The notes: generated by a model from the letters alone, not told the origin. 64,000 bases of DNA from Nitrospirota bacterium (GCA_963703955.1 CAVPGK010000012.1:147039-211038); one strand, 5' to 3'. Shown: positions 52,056 to 62,781, numbered from the stretch's first letter. Numbers and translations: made by a program.

Positions 52056-53195
52056 CTAGGCCATCAACAATTCTTGAGCCTTGGCGACACCGCTGCCGAG
52101 TTTGACCGGATGCCCCAACCCTTTAAGCACCATCTCAATGGCAGCCAACGTCATAATGACATCAAACGTATCCATGTAGCCCATGTGGGAGACCCTGAAA
52201 ATCTTGCCTTTCAGATGGTCCTGCCCACCGGCGGCCGTGATGCCGTACTGCACCCTTAAATTCTTGTAGATGGCCTGCCCATCTATGGTCGCTGGAGCGG
52301 AGACTGCGGTCAACGCATCGCTGGGAGATTCTCTTGGAAAAAGCGAAAGCCCGGCCGCCTTCACCCCTTCGCGCATCGCATGGGCAAGGCGACCTTGTCG
52401 CGCAAAGACCGCTTCCAATCCCTCAGCTTTCAGCATGCGTAAGACTTCCTGAAGCCCAAGAATCATCGACACGGCCGGTGTGTACGCGGTCTGATTCTTA
52501 ATCTGAGCCTCGCGTTCCCTTTTGAAGTTGAAGTAGAAGGCTGAATTTTTAGCTTTGTCCGCCATTTGCCAGGCTTTCTCGCTCACACTCACAAACGCCA
52601 AACCCGGCGGCAACATCATGGCCTTCTGCGAACCGGTCACAACGACGTCGATGCCCCACGCATCCGTCTGAATATCGAACACACCTAGCGCAGTGATTGC
52701 ATCAACCACGAGAATAGTCGCCTCATGCGCTTTGACCACTTGTGCCAACGCTTTGGTATCGTGAGCGACACCAGTTGATGTCTCGCTGGCCTGAACATAG
52801 ACAGCTTTAATGGAAGGATCTTTCTTAAGGGCATCGGCCACGGCCTGAGGATCCACAGCGTGCCCCCACTCCACCTTGATTTCTGTGACCTGCACGCCGA
52901 AGGTCTTACAGAGTTTGCCCCAGCGCTCACCAAACTTGCCGCCATTAACAACCAGAGCTTTATCTCCGGGCGACAAGAAGTTCGCGACCGACCCTTCCAT
53001 GCCGCCGGTCCCGGAAGAAGCCAGCATGAGCACATCGTTTCTGGTCTGAAATAACCACTTCAGATCTTCACGCACTTCCCCGAACAATTGGGCAAACTCC
53101 GGCGCCCGATGATGGATAATCGGCCTGGCCATCGCTAGCAAGACTTCTGGCGGCACGGGAGTTGGCCCTGGAGCTAAGAGGTACCTCTTCAACAT
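52056..53195 (-). CDS. Class V PLP aminotransferase (AGT/SgaA family)
   Basis: LLAPGPT, SGTGGME, ETSTG, VDA and GSQKAMMLPPG motifs. Confidence 0.9.
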   Translation of the reverse strand: MLKRYLLAPGPTPVPPEVLLAMARPIIHHRAPEFAQLFGEVREDLKWLFQTRNDVLMLASSGTGGMEGSVANFLSPGDKALVVNGGKFGERWGKLCKTFGVQVTEIKVEWGHAVDPQAVADALKKDPSIKAVYVQASETSTGVAHDTKALAQVVKAHEATILVVDAITALGVFDIQTDAWGIDVVVTGSQKAMMLPPGLAFVSVSEKAWQMADKAKNSAFYFNFKREREAQIKNQTAYTPAVSMILGLQEVLRMLKAEGLEAVFARQGRLAHAMREGVKAAGLSLFPRESPSDALTAVSAPATIDGQAIYKNLRVQYGITAAGGQDHLKGKIFRVSHMGYMDTFDVIMTLAAIEMVLKGLGHPVKLGSGVAKAQELLMA

Positions 53196-53242
53196 TCGTC
53201 TCTTCCCCTTCTTTCTATGAATTTGTCTAGCGAAAGATGTCA

Positions 53243-53272
53243 ACGCTACCACCACGGACCCTAGGCTGTCAA
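53243..53272 (-). promoter_or_regulatory. Sigma70 promoter of the aminotransferase-serA-hisZ-dnaB run
   Basis: TTGACA-N18-TAGCGT. Confidence 0.55.
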
Positions 53273-53414
53273 GGAAAAGCCACCCTAGAATCATATGGTT
53301 GCGTAACCTCGCCGACTGCAACCATGCGAGGTTTGGTTGAACATCGGGCGATAAACGTTTCGCCGAACGAAAACGGGACGAGTGCATAGAAGACTCAGCT
53401 AACGGATGATAATA

Positions 53415-53443
53415 TTGACAACATCCGTGCAGCCCGCTACCCT
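53415..53443 (+). promoter_or_regulatory. Sigma70 promoter of the mltD-like gene
   Basis: TTGACA-N17-TACCCT. Confidence 0.55.
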
Positions 53444-53490
53444 GGTGAAAGCGGCCTCCCTCGTTTCATAGCAAAACTCTTACACGCACG

Positions 53491-54843
53491 ATGAAACAAC
53501 TTCCCCGGAGATCATTTCATGTCTTTCGGATACTTGGAATCGTTCTGAGCGGCCTTATCCTAGTCACAGGGAACTGGGGTGGAGGCGAGAGTGCTATTGC
53601 AGAACGTCTGGCTTTTGGAGTCGTGTCGATTGAGGCGAGTGAATTCCTCGCCATATCGGATCCAACCGAGGCTGAGGACGCAAGCCAAGACAATGAGAAT
53701 GACGATGAGCTTCTCACGGCAAGCTCAGCAATTCTGGAAGTCCCTCAAGACAGTCTCATTCTCTTGCAGACAGGGGCTCGCATTCCCTGGCGGTATGGTG
53801 ATGTGTTTAAAGAAGCCGGTCGGTCGGTCGCTGAGGTGCCGGAAACTCCTGGGGTCATGGAATCCTTCGATAATTTGCCGATTATCCATAATGACAAAGT
53901 GGAAGGTCACATCAGATTTTTTCACGTCGCAATCCGAGATCGTTTCGAGCAGTGGCTTATTAGACTAGCCCATTACAGACCACTTGTTGAGGACATTTTC
54001 TCCGAATTCAATCTACCAAACGACCTTGTATTCCTCTCTTTGGTTGAGAGCGGTTTTAATCCCCATGCTTATTCCCGTGCACAGGCGACTGGTCCCTGGC
54101 AGTTTATGAAAGGGACGGCACGGCTTTACGGCCTGCGCGTGGATCGTTACGTGGATGAGCGGCGGGACCCCATCAAATCCACGGTAGCGGCAGCACGGTA
54201 TCTCCGAGACCTCTACGATCTTTTCGGCACCTGGCCCCTAGCCATGGCGGCCTACAATGCCGGTGAGGGAAAAGTCATGCGCGCTCTTCAAAAAGCGAGC
54301 GCGGAGGATTTCTGGGAAATTTCTCGAACGAAACACATACGGCGCGAAACCAAAGAATACATCCCACGGTTTATGGCAGCCACGATCATTGCAAAGAACC
54401 CAGACCAATACGGCTTCGCACAGGACCAGCCGGATGTGCATCAGTTCGACGAGGTGGTCATCGACCGACCGGTACAATTGCAGGCGCTCTCCGCGGCGTC
54501 GGGAATCTCTCTCACGGAATTGCGTCGCTTAAATCCTGAGCTGCGTCTGGATGTCACACCTCCGGATGTCCATGAGTATCATTTGAAAGTTCCGGTGGGT
54601 ATGAAAGCGGGCATCCTACAACAGTTGGACAAGGTTCCGACCTGGAAGCCCTCTACTGCGTTTCTCAAGATGATCAAGAACCGAGCCGAATCGGGCGGAC
54701 AGTACAAAGTACGGGTAGGGGACAGCCTCTGGACGATTGCCAAACGTCTGAATGTAACGGTGCGTCAACTCAAAGCCCGAAACAGCTTCGTGACCCGTGG
54801 CATTAGACCGGGTGATCTGCTTACTGTCGGCCCGCCACGCTGA
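53491..54843 (+). CDS. mltD: Lytic murein transglycosylase with LysM (MltD-like)
   Basis: VESGF, GPWQFM, AAYNAGEG and ETKEY; C-terminal LysM. Confidence 0.85.
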   Translation: MKQLPRRSFHVFRILGIVLSGLILVTGNWGGGESAIAERLAFGVVSIEASEFLAISDPTEAEDASQDNENDDELLTASSAILEVPQDSLILLQTGARIPWRYGDVFKEAGRSVAEVPETPGVMESFDNLPIIHNDKVEGHIRFFHVAIRDRFEQWLIRLAHYRPLVEDIFSEFNLPNDLVFLSLVESGFNPHAYSRAQATGPWQFMKGTARLYGLRVDRYVDERRDPIKSTVAAARYLRDLYDLFGTWPLAMAAYNAGEGKVMRALQKASAEDFWEISRTKHIRRETKEYIPRFMAATIIAKNPDQYGFAQDQPDVHQFDEVVIDRPVQLQALSAASGISLTELRRLNPELRLDVTPPDVHEYHLKVPVGMKAGILQQLDKVPTWKPSTAFLKMIKNRAESGGQYKVRVGDSLWTIAKRLNVTVRQLKARNSFVTRGIRPGDLLTVGPPR

Positions 54844-54857
54844 CCGTGGCCTCCTTC

Positions 54858-55637
54858 TCAGTTCACCTTTTCTGTCGCACCTTGCGTGGGAACACCTTCG
54901 GGAGGTCCCACCGCAGGCCCATCGGGACCCTTCTTCACCTCAAGCGCTTTGGTCCGCACGGCCGCCTCACTCGTAAATGGAGAATTCGGGTACGCTTTCA
55001 TCAGCTCTTGGTAGCGTGCCAGCGCACCCTCCGGCCGAGACTGACTTTCTTCAAGTTTTCCCAGTTCAAAAAGCACTTGATCCTTGTTCAAAGCCTCCGG
55101 CATTCCCAACACAGCTGATAAAGCTTTCCCGGCATGCTCCGCATTGCCTTTCAGCAGATAGGCGTATCCGAGTCGCTGGTAGACCAGCGACAACAAGGTC
55201 CGATTTCCTTCATACATCCCGATAAACTTTTGATAGGCGCTAATGGCACCATCGAGGTCATTAGCTTGAACTAACGCGTTGCCCAGACGGTATAGCGTCA
55301 ACGGTGCGATCGGGCTGTGAGGATACGTATCGAGTGACTCATGATAGAGCGCAACAGCCTGCTTAAGATTCTCATCGGCCTTGGTCGGCTGATCCACCGG
55401 TCGATCGAGATATAGGCGCGTTGCCCGTTCCTCGAGCGCGACTGCCTGCTCGGTCTTGCGATGATCTAGCCACACAACAACTCCGATCACAGCCACGGCT
55501 ATCAGCAGCACAAGGAACCCGATAAGTATCGATCGCTGATACTGATGAAGACCCATGGCCAACCGTTCCATCCCGCTGAGAAGATGAGCTTCATCGGCCA
55601 ACATCTGTTTCGAATCGATCTTTATGCGATAAGACAT
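54858..55637 (-). CDS. Membrane-anchored TPR protein (YfgM-like)
   Basis: Single TM followed by TPRs with YPxS motifs. Confidence 0.7.
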   Translation of the reverse strand: MSYRIKIDSKQMLADEAHLLSGMERLAMGLHQYQRSILIGFLVLLIAVAVIGVVVWLDHRKTEQAVALEERATRLYLDRPVDQPTKADENLKQAVALYHESLDTYPHSPIAPLTLYRLGNALVQANDLDGAISAYQKFIGMYEGNRTLLSLVYQRLGYAYLLKGNAEHAGKALSAVLGMPEALNKDQVLFELGKLEESQSRPEGALARYQELMKAYPNSPFTSEAAVRTKALEVKKGPDGPAVGPPEGVPTQGATEKVN

Positions 55638-55749
55638 GGTCACCAGCTAGACACGACAAGAATCCCCTTTTTTTGCCAAGCGCCCTTATACAAGGTCGTC
55701 TTACCCTTGTCAATCGAAGCCCGAGCAGAGCGCGCAATCAGAACGGTCG

Positions 55750-55779
55750 TTGACAGCCTTCAACAGCCCGGTATAGCGT
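55750..55779 (+). promoter_or_regulatory. Sigma70 promoter of bioF
   Basis: TTGACA-N18-TAGCGT. Confidence 0.5.
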
Positions 55780-55838
55780 ACGGGACGTTGCAGACTGTCA
55801 GCATCCCTCGACACACCTTCATCCCTGATCTTTAGAAC

Positions 55839-57005
55839 ATGGCGTTCGAAAAACGACTTAGCCAGCTTGCCGAACAACATATGCTCCGGCAACTAAGGCT
55901 CATTCAGTCTGGAACTGGCCCTGTCGTCACCATTGAGGGTCGGGCAACTATCCTCATGGCTTCGAACAATTATCTGGGACTTGCCACCCACCCAGCGCTT
56001 AAGAAAGCGGCGATTCAGGCGACGGAACAGTATGGAGTTGGTACCGGTGCGTCGAGACTGGTATCTGGAACCCAACCACCTCACGAGGAATTGGAAACAG
56101 CTCTTGCACGGTTCAAACGCACTGAATCCGCGCTCGTGTTCGGCTCGGGCTACCTGGCCAATATTGGACTCATTTCAGCTTTCATCGGGACAGACGGGCT
56201 GATTCTTGCCGACCGACTGTGCCATGCGAGTCTCATCGATGGATGTCGCTTGAGTAAAGCCAATTTTCGCGTGTTTCGCCACCGAGATGTTAGCCATCTG
56301 GAATCGCAGCTCGCAAAACGCACACGCAACCGCAACACCTTGATCGTAACCGACGGAATCTTCAGCATGGACGGCGACGCGGCACCACTGCCGGAACTCG
56401 TCACACTGGCAGAACGGTATGGCGCGCGGCTGCTTGTGGATGACGCGCATGGAACCGGCGTCATGGGTCGCGAAGGAAGAGGCACTCTCGAACATTTTGA
56501 GGTCGAGTCTCGCCTTCCGTTTCATATGGGCACACTCAGCAAGGCGCTAGGCACCAGCGGCGCCTATGTCGCTGGCCCTGCCAGCTTGATACGCTTTCTG
56601 GTAAACACCGCCCGCTCCTTCATCTACACGACGGCCCCGCCTCCCGCCACCGCCGCGGCGTCCCTTGCCGCCTTGCACCTATGTCAGGCTGAACCGGAGC
56701 GACGTGCGAGGCTTTGGGACAATCGCAACTATTTTTTCGATGGGCTGAAGATCCTGGGATTCCGAACGACCGATAGCCTCAGTCCAATTGTCCCGGTGTT
56801 GATCGGAGATGCTCAGAAGACCCTGACGATGGCCGACCGTCTCCTGCAACTCGGCGTCTACGCGCCGGCCATTCGCCCTCCCACGGTTCCCCGGGAAACG
56901 AGTCGGATCCGTACGACCGTCACCTCTGAACACACCCGCGAACAGCTTGATATCGTCCTCGCCGCATTCCACCGAGCGGGACGAGAGTCGGGCCTCATAA
57001 GATAG
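55839..57005 (+). CDS. bioF: 8-amino-7-oxononanoate synthase
   Basis: SNNYLGL, SGYLAN, HASLIDG, DDAH, TLSKA and IRPPTVP motifs. Confidence 0.92.
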   Translation: MAFEKRLSQLAEQHMLRQLRLIQSGTGPVVTIEGRATILMASNNYLGLATHPALKKAAIQATEQYGVGTGASRLVSGTQPPHEELETALARFKRTESALVFGSGYLANIGLISAFIGTDGLILADRLCHASLIDGCRLSKANFRVFRHRDVSHLESQLAKRTRNRNTLIVTDGIFSMDGDAAPLPELVTLAERYGARLLVDDAHGTGVMGREGRGTLEHFEVESRLPFHMGTLSKALGTSGAYVAGPASLIRFLVNTARSFIYTTAPPPATAAASLAALHLCQAEPERRARLWDNRNYFFDGLKILGFRTTDSLSPIVPVLIGDAQKTLTMADRLLQLGVYAPAIRPPTVPRETSRIRTTVTSEHTREQLDIVLAAFHRAGRESGLIR

Positions 57006-57112
57006 ACAGAACCGAATCTTCAGTTATACTTAGCCTCGAGGCACTCATGTCGTGCGCCTCCTGCTGGTCGATCTGCCATCCGTTCAGACACCGGGTTTTC
57101 ATAGGAGGGATG

Positions 57113-58186
57113 ATGGACATCACGCAACTCTTGTCGTTTTGCGTTAAAGAAGGCGCTTCCGACTGTCATTTGAGCGCAGGCGAACCGCCGATGCTGCGTC
57201 TTCACGGGGAAATCAAAAAGCTGGATCATCCCATCCTAACCAAGCAGGAAGTTCATGCCATGGTGTACGACATGATGAGTGACGCGCAGCGCCGCGTCTT
57301 CGAGGAACACCACGAGTGCGACTTTTCCTTCGAAATGGGAGAGATCGCCAGGTTCCGGGTGAATATTTTTATGCAGCGCCGGGGGGAAGGGGCGGTCTTC
57401 CGGACTATTCCCACAAAGATTCTCCCTCTCGAACAACTCGGCATGCCGCCGGTGATCAAACAACTCTGTGATAAAGAAAAAGGGCTCATTCTCGTGACCG
57501 GCCCGACAGGGTCAGGCAAATCGACCACCCTGGCCGCGATGATCGATTATCTGAATGAAACGTTCGAGGGACATGTTCTCACGATCGAGGACCCGATTGA
57601 ATTTGTACACAAGTCGAAAAAGTGTCTGATCAATCAGCGCGAGCTGGCATCACACACACATTCCTTTGCGAATGCGCTGAAGTCGGCCTTGCGCGAAGAT
57701 CCGGATATCATTTTGGTCGGCGAGATGCGCGATTTGGACACCATTCAGCTTGCGCTGACGGCCGCCGAAACCGGTCACCTGGTCTTTGGCACGCTCCACA
57801 CCTCCAGCGCCTATAAGACAGTCGACCGCGTCATAGACGTCTTTCCTCCCAACCAGCAGGCGCAGATTCGAGCCCAGTTCGCAGAGTCATTGGAGGGCGT
57901 GATCACCCAAACCCTCCTCAAACGTAAGACAGGCGGACGGGTGGCAGCACTGGAGATTATGACCGCAACGACGGCGGTGCGAAACCTCATTCGCGAGGCG
58001 AAGCTCCACCAAATACCTGGCATTATGCAGGCCAGTAAGAAAGACGGTATGCAGACGATGGATATGGCACTTGTGGATCTGGCAACGAGAGGACTCGTTA
58101 CGAAGGCCGAAGCGCAGTCTCGCAGTATGACGCCGAATCTCTTCGGCGCCGTAGGCGGAACCCAACCTGCGGTCGGCGCCGCGTAA
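57113..58186 (+). CDS. pilT: Type IV pilus retraction ATPase
   Basis: GPTGSGKST, EDPIEF, LREDPD, GTLHT and AVRNLIRE motifs. Confidence 0.95.
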   Translation: MDITQLLSFCVKEGASDCHLSAGEPPMLRLHGEIKKLDHPILTKQEVHAMVYDMMSDAQRRVFEEHHECDFSFEMGEIARFRVNIFMQRRGEGAVFRTIPTKILPLEQLGMPPVIKQLCDKEKGLILVTGPTGSGKSTTLAAMIDYLNETFEGHVLTIEDPIEFVHKSKKCLINQRELASHTHSFANALKSALREDPDIILVGEMRDLDTIQLALTAAETGHLVFGTLHTSSAYKTVDRVIDVFPPNQQAQIRAQFAESLEGVITQTLLKRKTGGRVAALEIMTATTAVRNLIREAKLHQIPGIMQASKKDGMQTMDMALVDLATRGLVTKAEAQSRSMTPNLFGAVGGTQPAVGAA

Positions 58187-58241
58187 TATCGGCACGAAGC
58201 CAAAGCACGACACCAGGGATAAGCGGGGCGTAGAGGACCAA

Positions 58242-59411
58242 ATGGAAATTCGGAGTCTTCTCAAGGTGATGGTGGAGCGGGACGCTTCAGACGTGTACCT
58301 GACGGCGGATATTCCCCCGTCATACCGCATCCAAGGTATCACCCAGCCCATCGGGGACTCTGTTATGACCAATGATCATCTCGAGGCCATGGCTCAAGAG
58401 ATCATGCGTGAAAAGCAACGCAAAGAGTTCGAGCAGAGCATGGAAATGAACCTTGCGCTGTACTTCTCGGATCTCGGGCGGTTTCGCGTCAATATCTTCC
58501 GGCAGCGAGGCAATATCGGCATCGTCATCCGGCAGATCAAAGTTGCCATCGTCCCGATCGACAAACTTGGGCTTCCGGCCATCGTCAAAGACATCGCGAT
58601 GACCAAGCGTGGCCTCGTCCTCTTTGTGGGAGCCACCGGATCAGGGAAATCCACGTCCCTAGCGGCGATGATCGACTACAGGAACGACACCGCACCCGGG
58701 CACATTATCTCCGTGGAAGACCCCATCGAATTTGTTCATCGACACAAGAAATCCATCATTACCCAGAGGGAAGTCGGGTTTGATACCCATTCCTATCAGG
58801 CCGCCCTCAAGAATACCCTTCGCCAAGCGCCGGATGTGATCATGATCGGAGAAATCCGCGACACCGAAACGATGGAAGCGGCGTTGACCTTCGCTGAAAC
58901 CGGCCACCTGTGTTTGTCTACCCTCCATGCCAATAACGCGAACCAGGCCATTGAGCGAATCATGAACTTCTTTCCCGCCGAGCGCCACCAACAGATTTAC
59001 CTGCAACTTTCCTTGAATCTTCGCGCCATCGTTTCTCAACGTTTGATCCCCTCTTTGGACGGCAAGCGGGCGGCCGCTCTGGAGATTCTCATGGACACAC
59101 CGCGCGCCAAAGATCTGATTCAGAAAGGTCAGGTCGATCTGCTCAAGGAGGCGATGGAACAGGGCATTCAGGAAGGCTCTCAGACCTTCGATCACGTTTT
59201 ATTCCAGCTCTATCAGGCCAAGAAAATAAGCATCGAGCAAGCGCTGATCAATGCCGACAGCGCCAATAACCTTCGGCTGAAGATCAAACTGGCCGGGGGA
59301 AAACTTGACGAAGCTACCGACAAGCCTTCGGACAAGACCGGAGGGGATAAGACAAAGCCCTTCCACATCAAAGGCGCAGATTCCCCTGCGAATTCCCTCC
59401 GCAAATTCTGA
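58242..59411 (+). CDS. pilU: Type IV pilus ATPase
   Basis: GATGSGKST, LRQAPD, STLHANNANQA and ADSANNLRL motifs. Confidence 0.9.
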   Translation: MEIRSLLKVMVERDASDVYLTADIPPSYRIQGITQPIGDSVMTNDHLEAMAQEIMREKQRKEFEQSMEMNLALYFSDLGRFRVNIFRQRGNIGIVIRQIKVAIVPIDKLGLPAIVKDIAMTKRGLVLFVGATGSGKSTSLAAMIDYRNDTAPGHIISVEDPIEFVHRHKKSIITQREVGFDTHSYQAALKNTLRQAPDVIMIGEIRDTETMEAALTFAETGHLCLSTLHANNANQAIERIMNFFPAERHQQIYLQLSLNLRAIVSQRLIPSLDGKRAAALEILMDTPRAKDLIQKGQVDLLKEAMEQGIQEGSQTFDHVLFQLYQAKKISIEQALINADSANNLRLKIKLAGGKLDEATDKPSDKTGGDKTKPFHIKGADSPANSLRKF

Positions 59412-59435
59412 CGTCCGTCCTGCTGATTTCCACCC

Positions 59436-60002
59436 TCATTCCGAAACCGACGACTTGGGCACGGCGGTGTTTTCGGTGAGGCGCTCCAGGTAGTCCACCA
59501 TCTTGTCCACTGCGCCGGCACTGAGTTTCTGACCATACCATTGTGGCATGACCCCGTCCGGATAGCCGGACACCACATATACGCCAGGGCTTAGAATCGA
59601 TTCAACGACGTATTCCCGGACCGTCCTCGCCTGTCCTCGATAACCCGGATCGGCCAGACGAGCAGGCCCGGTGCTGCCAAGCAAGAGCTCCGGCCCTACC
59701 CGACCTTGTGCACCCGGTATCCCGGGAATCGTATGGCAGACCCCGCAGCCCGCTTGACTGAAGAGATCCCCAATCGGTTCCTCACCGGTCGCCAGCGGGG
59801 CCAGGGCTTGAGATAATTGAGTTGCTTGGGATGAAGCAGTCAGTGATCGAGAGGGTTGTCGCAAAGTATAAGAAAGGCCCGCTGCAAGAAGAACGACGCC
59901 AATAATCACATACGTCCAGGCCCGTTCCCCAAGTCGTGAGGAGGACCTCCTCTCTTTGGCCGAATCACCCTGCCGATTTTCCTCCAGCTCTTTTGCTGCC
60001 AC
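59436..60002 (-). CDS. Membrane-anchored monoheme cytochrome c
   Basis: TM segment, CGVCH, GPEL and ESILSP..MP (distal Met). Confidence 0.8.
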   Translation of the reverse strand: MAAKELEENRQGDSAKERRSSSRLGERAWTYVIIGVVLLAAGLSYTLRQPSRSLTASSQATQLSQALAPLATGEEPIGDLFSQAGCGVCHTIPGIPGAQGRVGPELLLGSTGPARLADPGYRGQARTVREYVVESILSPGVYVVSGYPDGVMPQWYGQKLSAGAVDKMVDYLERLTENTAVPKSSVSE

Positions 60003-60110
60003 CGCTCATCCCTGGTGCGACACAATCCACGGCCGTCGTGTGAGCCGAGAACACTTGCGCTGGTTGTGACCTCGATCAGTGGGTTAGGGTTGAGAGAAGA
60101 ACTCGCGAAA

Positions 60111-60656
60111 TCACGTGTGTCCCCATTTGATGGTGCACCCAATGGCCTGGGTTACCGCTTCTTGCGGGTCCACATCCTTCAGAAGCGCATCCAATGTGTC
60201 ACGCAAATAGTGCCGCCTCACGGCCTGTGGCCTTTGCCAATTGTCGTCAATCTTGCCGGTGTAACGAAGCCGTCGGTCCCGCCCAAAAGCGAACAGTTGC
60301 GGAGTATGCGTCGCACCATACCGTCGCGCCACATCCTGCGATGCATCCCGTAGATACGGAAAAGGGAACTCCTTAGCCTTTGCGCGCCTCACCATGTTGT
60401 CGTAGCTGTCCTCGGGATAGTTTGTGTCGTCGTTCGAATTAATCGCGATGAGCTGCACACCGCGATCAGCATAGTCACGCTGAATCGCTACAAGCCGATC
60501 TTCGTACGCCTGGACATAGGGACAATGATTGCAGGAGAACACGATCACAAGAATCGATCGATCGGCAAAGCTATCTAAGGAATGGGTCTGGCTGTCGGTG
60601 CCTAGCAAGGAGAAATCCGGCGCCGGGTCACCGATTCGAAGGCTGGTGGGGGTCAT
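60111..60656 (-). CDS. Thioredoxin/AhpC-TSA family protein
   Basis: APDFSL, CNHCPYV, YTGKIDD and GCTIKW motifs. Confidence 0.88.
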   Translation of the reverse strand: MTPTSLRIGDPAPDFSLLGTDSQTHSLDSFADRSILVIVFSCNHCPYVQAYEDRLVAIQRDYADRGVQLIAINSNDDTNYPEDSYDNMVRRAKAKEFPFPYLRDASQDVARRYGATHTPQLFAFGRDRRLRYTGKIDDNWQRPQAVRRHYLRDTLDALLKDVDPQEAVTQAIGCTIKWGHT

Positions 60657-60696
60657 GAGACCTCGTCCGTCTTAATCGTCCGATGATGCGGGCCCA

Positions 60697-61551
60697 TCAC
60701 TTTGGGCTATCGAGGGCACATCGAAATCCCAACGTCAGGTCGCGGAACGTCGGTTCTGCCGCCACTCGGGCCGTTGAGCGAACGCCTGCCGGAACATCAT
60801 TCCAGGATCCTCCTCGAATCACGCGTTTTTCCCCGGACTCAGGGCCAGGTGGATTTTTTTCAGGACTTTTCTGATAGTATTCTCGGTCATACCAGTCCGC
60901 CACCCACTCTGCCGCGTTCCCGGCCATGTGAAAGGCACCATACGGGCTCTTGCCGCCTTCCTTCGTTCCATGCCGGACGCTCATCCCACCAACCATATCG
61001 ACCGGGGCCAGGGTGATCCCATAGCTCACCCACTGTCCGCGATTATAATTGGCAATATCCACGAACGGCTGCATATCCCCCCAGGGAAACCTTCGCCCAT
61101 CGGTCCCGCGGGCGGCTTTTTCCCACTCGGCCTCGGTCGGAAGGCGTTTGTCCGCCCACTTGCAGTAGGCTTGGGCATCTTCCCACGTCACCCCGACGGT
61201 CGGCCGATTCCCGGCTGACGCCACGGAATCTTCATCCCACAAGGGCGGAGCCTTGTGTTTCGTGGCCTGAAGAAATTTTTCATAGAGGCTGAGTGTCACT
61301 TCGAACTGATCAATGGCATAACGCGACAGAACAACCGTGTGTTCGGGTCGTTCATTTCCGCCCCCATCATTGCTCCCCATGGTAAAAGGGCCTTCAGGAA
61401 TGACCACCATCGGCGCCCCATCTTTCCCACCCGGGACCCTATCTTTTCCAGCCGCCCCATCGGACCCGGTGGGTGGCTCACCGGCGCCCATCAGTAGCAT
61501 CGCCAGCAAGAGACCTGTCCCTGCTTGGCTTATGGCACGCCCACGACGCAT
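60697..61551 (-). CDS. Exported FGE-sulfatase (SUMF1/EgtB/PvdO) domain protein
   Basis: FTMGS, RLPTEAEWEKAARG, MAGNAAEW, RGGSW and GFRC motifs. Confidence 0.88.
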   Translation of the reverse strand: MRRGRAISQAGTGLLLAMLLMGAGEPPTGSDGAAGKDRVPGGKDGAPMVVIPEGPFTMGSNDGGGNERPEHTVVLSRYAIDQFEVTLSLYEKFLQATKHKAPPLWDEDSVASAGNRPTVGVTWEDAQAYCKWADKRLPTEAEWEKAARGTDGRRFPWGDMQPFVDIANYNRGQWVSYGITLAPVDMVGGMSVRHGTKEGGKSPYGAFHMAGNAAEWVADWYDREYYQKSPEKNPPGPESGEKRVIRGGSWNDVPAGVRSTARVAAEPTFRDLTLGFRCALDSPK

Positions 61552-61673
61552 CACCGCCTCCTTCAGTGGTTCACTGCTGTCTGATTCTACTCTGGATCAG
61601 GAATCGGAACCAAGAGGAGACAACAAGACTGAGCAAAAAGGGCCAGGGTGAGGGTGGCTTACAGTCGGTGGGA

Positions 61674-62042
61674 CTACTTCAGGCCAAACCACGCCCTGAC
61701 TGCCGTGCCGGCAGCCCTGCACACCGTCGCAAGGGCCGCAGGGAGGCTCGTGCCACATTGCACCAAGTCATCACGCCGGTCCGCAGGGATGGTGCTGTCC
61801 TTGGTAGACTGGTCTACGGGTGAGTTGTTCGGAAGCGTGACAAGTGTTCGGCATTTCATGCAGAGATACGCGCCGGTAAAATACCCAAGAAAATCTTCTT
61901 GTGGCTTCAGGGCCAGGTGCGCACACGAGGGAGTGCCCTTAGCCTGCTGTAAAGGAACCATCGGATAATCACGGTTGAGATACGCCATTCCCCATCCTCC
62001 GTACACGGCGAATGATGCTGCGCTCACTATGGCAACAACCAT
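61674..62042 (-). CDS. Hypothetical protein with Cys/His residues (CAH, CMKC)
   Basis: ORF only; no family recognised. Confidence 0.3.
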   Translation of the reverse strand: MVVAIVSAASFAVYGGWGMAYLNRDYPMVPLQQAKGTPSCAHLALKPQEDFLGYFTGAYLCMKCRTLVTLPNNSPVDQSTKDSTIPADRRDDLVQCGTSLPAALATVCRAAGTAVRAWFGLK

Positions 62043-62207
62043 GAGTCTCTAGTGATCGCTGTGCTATGGTCCTGGTTTGCGCCTGAAGTTACCACCGCCG
62101 TGTAGCCTTTTAGTGGAAATTCCCCTAGGTGACAATCTGTCAAAAAAGGAGGTGTCCTCCCCCGTTATAGGTTTTCTTCTTCTCATCACTCATGTTGAGA
62201 AAGGCGT

Positions 62208-62714
62208 TTCAACGCTTACCCCATTGATCTTGTGCGCTGGTATCTCACGAAAGGCATGCTGTGGAAGGGCCCATTCTTTCAAGAATGGCTTCGCACCCAA
62301 AAACTCTGGTCTGGATGGACGTCGCTAAGCAATCGTACACACAATTTGATCCCGAACTTCTGAAGCGAATCGAACGTTGTCACCTGCGATATCGGCTCGG
62401 AGGCGGCTCGATGAGCCAGGACTGCTTTATCCATTTCGTTGTCAACATGGCCGACGAGCCGAGTTGCCGCACGCACCTGAACGATTCCAGTTACTCGTGC
62501 CGGGGCTGTGCCAGGCTCTCAAACGCGCCTGCCCTCCCCCCTCCTGACGCAGGAGCGAAACCGCTATCCTGGAGCGCCGCGCCGCGGGTGAACTAAACAA
62601 ACCTAAACAAACAGATTGCGAAGACGGAGGGGATTTCGGATCGCATGGTGCGCATCAACCTTCAGCGCATCAAACGAAAACTATATGCCGATGACCGGGT
62701 GAATGCTGTGCTAA
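62208..62714 (+). pseudogene. Degenerate LuxR-family regulator (ligand-binding-like domain plus HTH)
   Basis: Across frames: YPIDLVRWYL..PFFQEW..W and ETAILERRAAGELNKQIAKTEGISDRMVRINLQRIKRKL; several frameshifts including a CTAAACAAAC tandem duplication. Confidence 0.7.
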
Positions 62715-62781
62715 TGCCTGCAGAGCAACAGAGCCTGCGCAAACGCATGGATGGCCGAGCTCGGCATGATCTTTCCCCGAT

